Shown here piece by piece: positions 39,289 to 48,262 of a DNA stretch of 51,901 bases. The notes under the pieces are model-generated. The model was not told the origin of the DNA. It searched no databases and saw nothing but the letters and a program-made list of their open reading frames with translations. The first letter of the stretch is position 1. Each line of letters opens with the position of its first letter. This stretch comes from Eubacteriales bacterium (GTDB lineage: Bacteria > Bacillota > Clostridia > Oscillospirales > CAG-272), in NCBI GenBank assembly GCA_045614625.1, contig JAZLDE010000053.1:1-51901 (forward strand), in the 5' to 3' direction. The position numbers and the translations under genes are program-made.

Positions 39289-40578
39289 ATGAAATTCAAA
39301 AAAGTTTTGCTGCGTATTACGCTTTGCGTGATGTCGCTGTTGCTTATGCTTACTGCTGTCGTCGGCTGCTCGTCCAAGGGCGATACCCTCATGCAGATTG
39401 GAAAGCAAAAGCTGACAGTCAATATGTACGAGCTGTTGCTCTCTCGCATGAAGGGAACACTTACGTACAATGACTATCCAACCGATTCCGAGTCCTTCTG
39501 GGATACCATTATCAGCACGCAGGGCGCAACCTACAATGATTATTTCTGTCTCTCCATGCAGCAAGAGGCCAAATTAATGCTGGTCAAGCTGTATCTGTTT
39601 GAAGAAGTATATAAGCTCACGTTGCCCGAAAAGAACTATGCAGAAATTGATGAGTATATCAACGATGCATTGGAGCTGATCCACGACGGCTCCAAAACGG
39701 CATTCAATAAAGAATTGGCTCTCTACGGTGTTAACATCGATATGCTTCGTGAGAACTATATTATTGAGGACAAGATCGAGTATCTCAAATCTCACATTTC
39801 CACTCAAACGGGTGATGCGGCAAGAGATGAGTACTACAAAGAAAACTACGTTTGCTTCCGCCAGATCCTGCTTCCGCTTTACGAGTTTTTGTACGTAACG
39901 GACGAAAACGGCGACACCGTTTACTACCACGAGGGTTCCGAGCGTATTTATTACGACAAGACCGGAACGACCAAAACAGGCACAGACGGCAAGCCCGTTG
40001 TCGATAAAAACGGCGACACGATCTACTACACCGAAGACGGAAAAATTGCTTACAACACCACCAAGGGCGTAACGCAAGGGCTGGACAAGGACAACGATGG
40101 ATATACCGATTACGTCATGCTCGATGAAGAGGGTGCTACCATTGTAAAGGATCAGGCCAACAAGTTGATGGGATTGATTCAGGTCGGGGACTTCAGCACG
40201 TTTGAAGATTATGGTTCAAAACTTTCCGAAAAAGAGGTGTGGAACGCATATCCCAACGGCATCTACATCAACAAGAACAAGAATTATTCCATCGCTTATC
40301 TGGATGACATTCAAAAGGCGCTGACCAATATGGCCGTCGGTGATACACAACTGATCAAGTCGGACAATGCCTATCATTTGATTATGAAATACACGGCAGA
40401 GGATCAAGCGTATAAGAACAAAGATAATAAAGATTGGTTCGAGGAGTTCGAGGACGAAGTCGTCACCGATATTTTGAATGCCATGTGCCAAAAATATCTG
40501 GAGCAGGTAACCGTCGACGAAAAAGCACTTGCTGATGCAATGAACATGAAATCGGTCGGTGCCAATACCGAATATTGA
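39289..40578 (+). CDS. PrsA-like foldase lipoprotein (divergent parvulin domain with insertion)
   Basis: Lipobox VVGC; lies right after pth-mfd; parvulin-like VCFRQILL and MAVGDTQLIKSDNAYHLI. Confidence 0.6.
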   Translation: MKFKKVLLRITLCVMSLLLMLTAVVGCSSKGDTLMQIGKQKLTVNMYELLLSRMKGTLTYNDYPTDSESFWDTIISTQGATYNDYFCLSMQQEAKLMLVKLYLFEEVYKLTLPEKNYAEIDEYINDALELIHDGSKTAFNKELALYGVNIDMLRENYIIEDKIEYLKSHISTQTGDAARDEYYKENYVCFRQILLPLYEFLYVTDENGDTVYYHEGSERIYYDKTGTTKTGTDGKPVVDKNGDTIYYTEDGKIAYNTTKGVTQGLDKDNDGYTDYVMLDEEGATIVKDQANKLMGLIQVGDFSTFEDYGSKLSEKEVWNAYPNGIYINKNKNYSIAYLDDIQKALTNMAVGDTQLIKSDNAYHLIMKYTAEDQAYKNKDNKDWFEEFEDEVVTDILNAMCQKYLEQVTVDEKALADAMNMKSVGANTEY

Positions 40579-40592
40579 TTTTTCGCTTGTAC

Positions 40593-40621
40593 TTGACAAC
40601 ACGCATATGAAGTGATATAAT
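40593..40621 (+). promoter_or_regulatory. sigmaA promoter
   Basis: Perfect TTGACA-17bp-TATAAT with extended TG. Confidence 0.8.
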
Positions 40622-40629
40622 CAATCCAA

Positions 40630-40720
40630 CGAAATATACGCTGCCACCGGGTAGCTGAATGCAAAAAGCATTCGTCTCACATCATTAGGTCTTAGAAGAT
40701 GTGTGACGGATGCTTTTTTT
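40630..40720 (+). ncRNA. guanidine-IV (mepA/GGAM-1 motif) riboswitch
   Basis: P1 GCTGCC-ACCG-GGTAGC, then terminator AAAAAGCATTCGTCTCACATC..GATGTGTGACGGATGCTTTTTTT whose loop has TAGGTCTTAGAA. ACC/GGT loop-loop complementarity. Upstream of a PnuC-like gene. Confidence 0.82.
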
Positions 40721-40732
40721 CAGGAGAATGTT

Positions 40733-41431
40733 ATGAAAATCAAAAATCCATTTTCAACGTTAACGAAATTTGAGTGGGGACTATGGGCTATTTCCTCGCT
40801 TGGCGTTCTTTTATCTCATTTGTTGTCTCCACAAAAGGATATTCTGTCCGTTATTGCCTCTTTGATCGGTGCGACCGCACTTATCTTCGTGGCCAAGGGT
40901 CACGTACTTGGGCAGCTGCTGACCATCGTTTTTGCCGTTTTTTACGGTGTAATATCCTTTCAGTTTCAATATTACGGTGAGGTTATCACCTACGTATGTT
41001 TGAGCGCTCCCATGGCGCTCCTTGCCGCCATTGCGTGGATCAAGCATCCTTATCAACAATCCGAGGAGGTGGCTGTTGCTCGACTTTCAAAGCGTTTGAT
41101 TTTGAGTTTGATCGGCTTGACGGTTGCCGTGACGATAGCCTTTTATTTTATTCTCGGCATACTTGGAACGGCTAATCTTTTGGTCAGCACCATATCGGTC
41201 ACAACCAGCTTTCTTGCCGCCTCGTTGACCTTCTTACGTAGCCCATATTACGCGCTGGCCTATGCGGCAAACGACGTTGTTTTGATCGTTCTTTGGATAT
41301 TGGCTGCCATAACGGATATATCCTATCTCTCCATGATCATATGCTTCGTCATGTTTTTGGCCAACGATCTCTACGGATTCATTAACTGGCGACGCATGGA
41401 AAAACGCCAAAGTAAGAGAAGTATGCAATAA
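40733..41431 (+). CDS. pnuC: PnuC-family membrane transporter (probably guanidine-related)
   Basis: SLIGATALIFVAKG, YYGEVITY, YAANDVVLIVLW, ANDLYGFINW. ATG 40733 follows CAGGAG. Confidence 0.85.
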   Translation: MKIKNPFSTLTKFEWGLWAISSLGVLLSHLLSPQKDILSVIASLIGATALIFVAKGHVLGQLLTIVFAVFYGVISFQFQYYGEVITYVCLSAPMALLAAIAWIKHPYQQSEEVAVARLSKRLILSLIGLTVAVTIAFYFILGILGTANLLVSTISVTTSFLAASLTFLRSPYYALAYAANDVVLIVLWILAAITDISYLSMIICFVMFLANDLYGFINWRRMEKRQSKRSMQ

Positions 41432-41466
41432 AAGCATGATTTTTGCAAAAAAATGCTTATGATGCC

Positions 41467-41495
41467 TTGACAAAACGAATGTAAATAGCTATAAT
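41467..41495 (+). promoter_or_regulatory. sigmaA promoter
   Basis: Perfect TTGACA-17bp-TATAAT. Confidence 0.8.
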
Positions 41496-41505
41496 AGATA
41501 AAAAT

Positions 41506-41661
41506 GATAGAGGCGCGCATGACAAAAGTATCGTCCGTGTGATAATCTTCGCAGGATGTTGCGGACGAGAAAGGGGATTGCGCCGAAGGTAGCGGTGCGA
41601 ACGCTTGCCTGGTAACTCGAAGAACATTCGTTTTACTGTCGCAAATCTGCGGAGAGCTATC
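41506..41661 (+). ncRNA. lysine riboswitch
   Basis: GATAGAGGCGC..AGTA..GAAAGG..GCCGAA..CTGG..CTGTC..GGAGAGCTATC, upstream of dapA-dapB-lysA. Confidence 0.92.
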
Positions 41662-41722
41662 GAATGATACGAATTTATCCGACGTGTGTGTATGTAAACT
41701 GTGCGGATATTCGGATGTACGG

Positions 41723-41755
41723 TAGCCGATTCGTAAGAATTGGCGCTATTTTTTT
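41723..41755 (+). terminator. expression-platform terminator of the lysine riboswitch
   Basis: GCCGATTC-gtaa-GAATTGGC followed by a T-tract before the dapA RBS. Confidence 0.65.
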
Positions 41756-41788
41756 GCACAACACCAGAATTAGAAAGGAAGCAAGAAA

Positions 41789-42691
41789 ATGAAGAACCAA
41801 ACAATTTTTGAAGGAGCAGCCACCGCGCTGGTCACCCCGATAACCCCCGAGGGCATTGATTATACCGCGTTTGGCAAGCTGATTGACTGGCAGATTGACA
41901 GTGGCATTGACGCGCTGGTCATTTGCGGCACGACGGGTGAGTCGTCCACGCTGACCGATGAGGAGCACCGCGAGGCTATCCGCTTTGCCGTTGAGCGTGC
42001 CAATAAGAGAGTTCCCATTATCGCAGGAACGGGCTCTAACGACACCGATTACGCCATCGATCTGACTCGCTTTTCCTGCGAGGTTGGGGCTGATGCCATG
42101 CTGGTGGTTACACCATATTACAACAAAGCCACGCAAAAGGGTCTGATACGCATGTACGAGACCATTGCAGATGCCAGCACTAAGCCCTTGATCCTCTATA
42201 ACGTGCCCTCGCGCACCGGTGTAGCCATCGAGCCTTCCACCTACGTAGCACTGGCTGATCATCCCAACATCGCTGCTATCAAGGAAGCCAACGGCAATAT
42301 TTCCAAGATTGTTGAAACGGCAGCATTGGTAGGGGACAAATTGGATCTTTATTCCGGCAACGACGACCAGATCGTTCCTATCATGTCCGTAGGCGGCAAG
42401 GGCGTCATTTCCGTTCTTTCCAACCTGGTTCCGCGCGAGACCTCTGAAATGTGCCACGCGTTCTTAAGAGGCGATATTCGTGGCAGTATGAAGTTGCAGG
42501 CAAAGTATCTGCCGCTGATCAACGCATTGTTCAGCGAGGTTAATCCCATCCCCGTCAAGGCAGCCATGAGCGCAATGGGCTTCTGTGAGAACTACCTGCG
42601 CTTGCCCTTGACCCCCATGGAGGACGCACACCGCGCCGTATTGCTGGATTGCATGAGAAGCCACGGTCTGATTGGAAAGGACGTAAGATGA
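41789..42691 (+). CDS. dapA: 4-hydroxy-tetrahydrodipicolinate synthase
   Basis: CGTTGES, TPYYNK, LYNVPSRTG, AIKEA, NPIPVK. Confidence 0.96.
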   Translation: MKNQTIFEGAATALVTPITPEGIDYTAFGKLIDWQIDSGIDALVICGTTGESSTLTDEEHREAIRFAVERANKRVPIIAGTGSNDTDYAIDLTRFSCEVGADAMLVVTPYYNKATQKGLIRMYETIADASTKPLILYNVPSRTGVAIEPSTYVALADHPNIAAIKEANGNISKIVETAALVGDKLDLYSGNDDQIVPIMSVGGKGVISVLSNLVPRETSEMCHAFLRGDIRGSMKLQAKYLPLINALFSEVNPIPVKAAMSAMGFCENYLRLPLTPMEDAHRAVLLDCMRSHGLIGKDVR

Positions 42692-43428
42692 GAATTATTG
42701 TAAACGGTGCTTGCGGACGCATGGGTAAAGAGGTCGTTGCTGCAGCGCAAAACGGCTATCAGAACGCCGAGCTTGTTGCTGCCGCTGACGTTATTCGTCC
42801 CGAGCTAAATTGCCCGTGCTATACCAATTTATCCGACATTACCGAGAAAGGCGACGTGTTGATCGATTTTTCGCATCACAGCGCGACCAAGACTGTATTG
42901 GATTTGGCCCTGCTTCACGGCATTCCTGTTGTTGTCGCAACGACGGGACAAACAGAGGAAGAAAAACTACTGATCGAGCAAGCCGCTAAGCAAGTCCCCG
43001 TGTTCTATGCAGGAAATATGTCCATCGGCATTGCCTTGCTTGTTTCATTGGTTAAAACTGCCGTGCAGACGTTTCCCGATGCTGACGTCGAGATCGTCGA
43101 AACACATCACAACCAAAAGCTGGACGTTCCCAGCGGAACTGCGCTGATGCTCGCTCGTGGCGTGGAACAGGCAAGAGAGAATACTACGTTTTGCATTGGA
43201 AGACACGAAAACGGCAAGCGGCCCGCGGGCGAAGTGGGCATCCATTCGATCCGCATGGGCAAGGTCGTTGGTATTCATGAAGTCCACATCAATACAGGGT
43301 CGCAGACCATTACCCTTAAGCATGAGGCACACAGCCGAGCACTGTTCGCCGAGGGCGCGCTGCACGCCGCCGCATTTATCTGTGACAAGCCTGCCGGATT
43401 GTATTCGTTGCAGGATCTGTTCGTTTAA
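42688..43428 (+). CDS. dapB: 4-hydroxy-tetrahydrodipicolinate reductase
   Basis: GACGRMG, ETHHNQKLDVPSGTA. ATGA overlap with dapA. Confidence 0.95.
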   Translation: MRIIVNGACGRMGKEVVAAAQNGYQNAELVAAADVIRPELNCPCYTNLSDITEKGDVLIDFSHHSATKTVLDLALLHGIPVVVATTGQTEEEKLLIEQAAKQVPVFYAGNMSIGIALLVSLVKTAVQTFPDADVEIVETHHNQKLDVPSGTALMLARGVEQARENTTFCIGRHENGKRPAGEVGIHSIRMGKVVGIHEVHINTGSQTITLKHEAHSRALFAEGALHAAAFICDKPAGLYSLQDLFV

Positions 43429-43442
43429 GAGAGGTATTTGAT

Positions 43443-44738
43443 ATGATCTGTAATAATATTTCGATCAACGGCTCCGGGCATCTTTGCTTTGCTGGGCGTG
43501 ACGTCACGGAGCTGGCAGAAAAATACGCTACGCCTCTGTATCTTTTGGACGAGGACAAGATCCGCGAGAAATGCCGTATTTATATGCAGGCCATGAAGAC
43601 CTTTTTTGGCGAAGAAGCATTGCCGCTATATGCGGGAAAAGCCTTGTGCATCAAGGATATTTACCGTATTATGCGCGAAGAGGGAATGGGCATTGACGTC
43701 GTTTCCTCGGGTGAGATCTTCACGGCAAGCCAAGGCGGCTTCCCCATGGAGCGCGCCTATTTCCATGGAAATAACAAAACGGACGCCGACGTTGACTACG
43801 CAATAAACGCAGGCGTTGGTTATTTCGTGTGCGACAACGAGGAAGAGTTGTTCGCTATCGAGAAGGCCGCCGAAAAGCGCGGTGCTATTCAGAAAATTCT
43901 AATTCGCGTCGCGCCCGGTATTGATCCTCACACTCATAAGGCCATCTCTACGGGCAGCATCGACTCCAAATTCGGTGCCGCAATCGAAACCGGACAAGCA
44001 GGTGAACTGACTGCGCTTGCTCTACAGCAGCCCCACATTTCGCTTGAAGGCTATCATTGTCACATCGGCTCTCAAATCTTTGAGACTGAGCCCTTCGTGG
44101 ATGCAGCTGCTATTATGATCCAGTTCATCGCAACTGTTCGTGAATATCTTGGATACACCGCAAAAGAGTTGAATCTTGGCGGCGGCATGGCTGTGCGCTA
44201 CTTGGAAGAACATCCCGACATTGATTACACAAAGAACATTGCTACAATTGCAGATAAAATGAAGCAAATCTGCGCGCATTACAATCTGCCTATGCCGCGT
44301 GTTCGTATGGAGCCCGGTCGCAGCATTGTTGCTGATGCAGGCATGACGCTTTATACCGTTGGAACACTGAAAACCATTCCAAATTTCCGTAGCTACGTAT
44401 CAATCGATGGCGGTATGCCGGACAATCCTCGCTACGCGCTATATGAATCTCCGTATACGGTTGTTATGGCTAATCGCATGAACGATGACAAAAACACCGT
44501 TTGTACGATCGCGGGACGTTGCTGCGAGAGCGGAGACCTGATTCAGGAAGGTGTGAAGCTACCCATGCCGCAGCGCGGAGATATTCTCGCGGTACTAACA
44601 ACGGGCGCATACAATTATTCTATGGCCTCGAATTATAACCGAATTCCAAGACCCGCTATGGTTCGTCTTTGCGGTGGAGAGGATCAGCTGATCCTGCGCC
44701 GTGAAACGTTTGAGGATCTGATCAAAAATGAAATTTAA
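43443..44738 (+). CDS. lysA: diaminopimelate decarboxylase
   Basis: YAGKA, HCHIGSQI, EPGRSI, GRCCESGD, GAYNYSMASNYN. Confidence 0.96.
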   Translation: MICNNISINGSGHLCFAGRDVTELAEKYATPLYLLDEDKIREKCRIYMQAMKTFFGEEALPLYAGKALCIKDIYRIMREEGMGIDVVSSGEIFTASQGGFPMERAYFHGNNKTDADVDYAINAGVGYFVCDNEEELFAIEKAAEKRGAIQKILIRVAPGIDPHTHKAISTGSIDSKFGAAIETGQAGELTALALQQPHISLEGYHCHIGSQIFETEPFVDAAAIMIQFIATVREYLGYTAKELNLGGGMAVRYLEEHPDIDYTKNIATIADKMKQICAHYNLPMPRVRMEPGRSIVADAGMTLYTVGTLKTIPNFRSYVSIDGGMPDNPRYALYESPYTVVMANRMNDDKNTVCTIAGRCCESGDLIQEGVKLPMPQRGDILAVLTTGAYNYSMASNYNRIPRPAMVRLCGGEDQLILRRETFEDLIKNEI

Positions 44739-44773
44739 CAAAAAAGAACCCGATCGTCGGGTTCTTTTTTTGT
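44739..44773. terminator. bidirectional terminator
   Basis: AAAAAAGAACCCGA-tcg-TCGGGTTCTTTTTT. Confidence 0.85.
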
Positions 44774-45769
44774 TTAAGCTTGATCGTCAACGGGAATGCC
44801 GTCACCGACATCCAAATCATCCTCGATATCGTCATCCTCTGTACGGGGTTTACGGTACGGAGCGATCATATAGCGATCAATAACGGGATAGACCGCATAT
44901 GCAGTAATAAAGCCAATCGCTGCAAAAATATATACGATAGGCAAAATTACCGTTATAATAACCTCGGGCAGTAGCAAAATCATGAGAGCTACGTGCAATG
45001 CCAAAAGCAAGAGAATTCCCAGACCTGCCATCAAATTTCTCTTGATGCCAAGAGCAGAGAAGATGAGCGCATTTTTGAACATTTTGCGCAATTTCATTTC
45101 GAACGTAATCATCATCAAATAAATATACGGACGCATAATAGCGTAAAGAATGGCAATCGCTGTGAGAATCCAGAACAGTACGTCCATCCAAAACGCCCCT
45201 ACGGTACCCCAATAATACATGATGTCAATACAGAGGACGATGATGAAAAGTGAGTCAACCAAACCAAACAAAAAGCCTTGCTTGAGGTTGCGCTTGATCC
45301 CGTAGAAGAAATCGCTGAAAACGAACACAGCCTCACCGCGAACTAAACCACGCAGGACGTAGAAGGAACCAACGGACAGCCAACCGTTAAACAACAGCAA
45401 AATCAGCGCACAAGCAGCGATGATCCAATAAGAAGCGGGATTGTAAACGGGAATACCAAACGGTATCGCGTCCAATATCATAATCAGCGTAGAGGTGCCG
45501 TTAGGCTCGATCAGTGACGCGCCGTAAAGCGGAGCGAACAGTGCCGAGGATTGCGAGGGCGTTTTTTGAATAAAAAGATACGCCAAAACTGCCACGATGA
45601 TGGGAAGGACCTGCATAAGCATGAGTAAATTCAAGCTGAGCAGATGAGAGAATTTACGTGCAAAAAACTTAAAAAAGTTTTTAAACGTTGGGCGCGTATC
45701 TTCGTTTTTGCTAACGCCTTTTCCGTCACGATCACGGTATTTGAAAATAGAAGTAAAAGAACGACGCAA
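44774..45769 (-). CDS. YesL/DUF624 family membrane protein
   Basis: LLSLNLL, YVLRGLVRGE..FSDFF..KRNLKQG, KMFKNALI. TTG start after AAGGAG. Confidence 0.75.
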   Translation of the reverse strand: MRRSFTSIFKYRDRDGKGVSKNEDTRPTFKNFFKFFARKFSHLLSLNLLMLMQVLPIIVAVLAYLFIQKTPSQSSALFAPLYGASLIEPNGTSTLIMILDAIPFGIPVYNPASYWIIAACALILLLFNGWLSVGSFYVLRGLVRGEAVFVFSDFFYGIKRNLKQGFLFGLVDSLFIIVLCIDIMYYWGTVGAFWMDVLFWILTAIAILYAIMRPYIYLMMITFEMKLRKMFKNALIFSALGIKRNLMAGLGILLLLALHVALMILLLPEVIITVILPIVYIFAAIGFITAYAVYPVIDRYMIAPYRKPRTEDDDIEDDLDVGDGIPVDDQA

Positions 45770-45799
45770 TGTTTAGATCTCCTTTATCTTAATCAAAAT

Positions 45800-46375
45800 C
45801 TATGAAATCAAAATATAAAATCCGTAAAATATCATTTGCAGCATCAAAATGCCACCCCAACACTGAAGTAAAGCAACCAAATACGATCGAAGATGCATAC
45901 CGCAACGCGCGGAATCCATCGTAACGCCTGCCGTCGCTATAAAATGAATGCGCATCATTAGGCGGTACAAGCAAAATAGCCAGCCTATGATCAAAATCGG
46001 AAATAACCAGCCGGAGCATTGGCTCAAGCGTAATGCCAGCTCAAATCTCCAAATGTCTACGCCATGCCAAAACCAAAAGAAGAAGCCAATGACGCGAGAG
46101 GTGTAATAGTACGTCGTGCGATGCAAACCGGCTAAAAACAGCAACGGCACGTATATCGTTTGTGACAGTGAAAGACCAATACAATCGAATATTGTTTGCT
46201 CAGCACCCGGCAGTTCAAACCAAAGCAAAACGCGACAGGGAAGCCACGTGTGATATTCTGCAAGAGATATCAGCGTGCCGATCATCAAGGCAAGCGTAAA
46301 CCATACCGCATTTTCTGCAGCGAAACCGGTTCGTGCCCGTTTGGCGGATATACATTGCTCTCGTAGCCATTCCAA
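45800..46375 (-). CDS. hypothetical membrane protein (possibly a divergent SpoIIM-like sporulation protein)
   Basis: About 5 TM helices, GGAGGTG RBS, sigmaE-type promoter upstream. Family assignment is weak. Confidence 0.5.
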   Translation of the reverse strand: MEWLREQCISAKRARTGFAAENAVWFTLALMIGTLISLAEYHTWLPCRVLLWFELPGAEQTIFDCIGLSLSQTIYVPLLFLAGLHRTTYYYTSRVIGFFFWFWHGVDIWRFELALRLSQCSGWLFPILIIGWLFCLYRLMMRIHFIATAGVTMDSARCGMHLRSYLVALLQCWGGILMLQMIFYGFYILIS

Positions 46376-46408
46376 CGCATCTTCACCTCCGTTTCAAACG
46401 CATGAAAC

Positions 46409-46438
46409 ATTGTATGAAAAAGAGCGAAAGAATTATGT
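46409..46438 (-). promoter_or_regulatory. sigmaE-type promoter
   Basis: ACATAAT-15bp-CATACAAT. Confidence 0.6.
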
Positions 46439-46532
46439 TCAAACCAACGCTAATGGTAACATATTCAGTTTAAAAAAGCAATAGCTCGAACAAAATATTT
46501 ACAACTGATGCAAAAAGTTAACAAATCAGCGG

Positions 46533-47405
46533 TTATTTGCTTGAGTTTTGGCGCAAAACTTCAAATCCGAGAACGGTAGCTGCAGAGGCCGCCGAGAGTG
46601 AACCGCGGAAATCCCGGCCATAATCGATGCGAACGACCTGATCTGCTTGATCAAGAACCGCACGGGAAATACCGCGTTTTTCGCCACCAACAACCAGCAA
46701 AAGGGGGCGATTCATGTCTGCCTCGTATAGGCCAACCGAATCACGGATACCGGCACAAACAACGCGATATTGATGCTCGTGGAACAATTTAACTGCAGTT
46801 TCCGGCTCGCAAACGGCCATAGGAAGGCGCTCAGAAGCGCCCGCAGATGCCCGTGCAACAACGCCTGCTGCACCCATCCAGTTGCGTGGCGACAAAATAA
46901 CGCCGTCAACACCCGCTGCATACAAGGAACGCAATGCGTATCCAAAGTTGTAAGGATCTTCAATGCCTTCCAGCATGACAAAAAAACCGTCGGGACGTAG
47001 AAAGCTCTCATTCTGCAAAAAAGCGTTATCAAACAAGGGAAGGGGACGCTCACCGCACTTTGCAATAATGCCGCCGTGCGTTGATCCAATGGTCATACGG
47101 TCGATTTCCTCGGCGTCAGTCAATTCGATCTCGAAGCCAAGCTCCGCCGAAACTGCACGCAAAAAACCAAGCTCTTTGCCTTTAGAATGTATCTTTTCGC
47201 GATCGAAATATATTTTTTCGATCGTGCGGGAATTGATTCCATCGCGAATGCCGTTGATCAAGGCGGAAATCGAGGTCATACCTTCGAGCAACGTATGATT
47301 GTTAATTTTTTCACATTCCTTGGAAACAGGGAAAGTGGCTCGATCCGAAGGGGTGCAGTCAATCTGATCGTTTTGGCAGTTATGGTTAACGAAAGAATCG
47401 CTCAT
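46533..47405 (-). CDS. TrmH/SpoU family RNA methyltransferase
   Basis: HGGIIA, LEGIEDPYNFG..RS, ARASAGA, VGGEKRGI, SLSAASA. Confidence 0.9.
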   Translation of the reverse strand: MSDSFVNHNCQNDQIDCTPSDRATFPVSKECEKINNHTLLEGMTSISALINGIRDGINSRTIEKIYFDREKIHSKGKELGFLRAVSAELGFEIELTDAEEIDRMTIGSTHGGIIAKCGERPLPLFDNAFLQNESFLRPDGFFVMLEGIEDPYNFGYALRSLYAAGVDGVILSPRNWMGAAGVVARASAGASERLPMAVCEPETAVKLFHEHQYRVVCAGIRDSVGLYEADMNRPLLLVVGGEKRGISRAVLDQADQVVRIDYGRDFRGSLSAASAATVLGFEVLRQNSSK

Positions 47406-47442
47406 GATTTAACCTCCTGATCTCCAAGAATCAAAAATATCG

Positions 47443-47471
47443 GCATATCGTTGCCATATAATACATATATT
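47443..47471 (+). promoter_or_regulatory. sigmaE-type promoter of spoIIID
   Basis: GCATATC-14bp-CATATATT. spoIIID is an established sigmaE-regulon gene. Confidence 0.65.
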
Positions 47472-47534
47472 ATACCAGCAAACGCCCGGAAAATCAATAC
47501 AAAATCGGCAACAAAAGGAGTCATAGTTGAAAAT

Positions 47535-47807
47535 ATGATGTATATTTCATGCTGTAAAGAACGCTGCGTCATGCTGGGAACGTATCTGGTGGAGAATCGA
47601 ACGACTGTACGCGCTACGGCGCAACAATTTAATATCAGTAAGAGCACCGTACATAAAGATGTCACACAGATATTACAACGCGTGAATCCTGCATTATATG
47701 AACAAGTCCAACGCGTATTGGAACAAAATAAAGACGAACGGCATCTGCGCGGCGGCGAAGCAACCAAAAAGAAGTATTTATATAAATATATCAAAAACAA
47801 CGGCTGA
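47535..47807 (+). CDS. spoIIID: sporulation transcriptional regulator SpoIIID
   Basis: TTVRATAQQFNISKSTVHKDVT..NKDERHLRGGEATKKKY. Confidence 0.95.
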   Translation: MMYISCCKERCVMLGTYLVENRTTVRATAQQFNISKSTVHKDVTQILQRVNPALYEQVQRVLEQNKDERHLRGGEATKKKYLYKYIKNNG

Positions 47808-47858
47808 TCGAGCGTTCATACGCCGATCAGCCAAAAAATGGCTATTTTGCTTCCCTTT

Positions 47859-47886
47859 ATTATACAAAATTTGCATTTTGTATAAT
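47859..47886. repeat. perfect 12-bp inverted repeat (28-bp site)
   Basis: ATTATACAAAAT-ttgc-ATTTTGTATAAT. Confidence 0.8.
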
Positions 47887-47917
47887 TTTCTGTATCTTTC
47901 AATAGGAACAGGGATAG

Positions 47918-48120
47918 GGCTTCTCTTTCGACTCCTCTTGCTTCCTTCGCCATCTTACGGGCAGCCTTCTTCTCGCCCAGCTTGGCAAAAGCCTTGTCAA
48001 GCGAGAGCACCCGCGATACGATCTTCTCGGCAAAGCCGCCGTCCTCGCGCACGATGCGATCGATAAACGCCTCGTTGCCCAGCAGCATCTCGCTCTCGTG
48101 CGCTGTCGCCTCGACGATGT
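47918..48120 (-). pseudogene. GC-rich coding-like fragment without RBS or start, possibly a mobile-element remnant
   Basis: IVEATAHESEMLLGNEAFIDRIVREDGGFAEKIVSRVLSLDKAFAKL, with GC-rich codon usage inside AT-rich flanks and an in-frame stop just upstream. Confidence 0.4.
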
Positions 48121-48262
48121 ATTTTACTTTTCGTCATTCCGCTATATTTTTTCTGCTGAAAATAGACAAATGAACCAAAAAACAAAAGAAATGGAAAAAC
48201 CTCTTCCCTTTTTGCCTGATATATGGTAGAATGTTGGTAATAAAATCTTGGAGGACAAACCA

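Noticed and set aside
40630-40720. NAD+-II (pnuC motif), TPP or FMN riboswitch ahead of pnuC
   Set aside because: Their conserved sequences are absent, and the ACCG loop plus AGGTC terminator loop fits guanidine-IV
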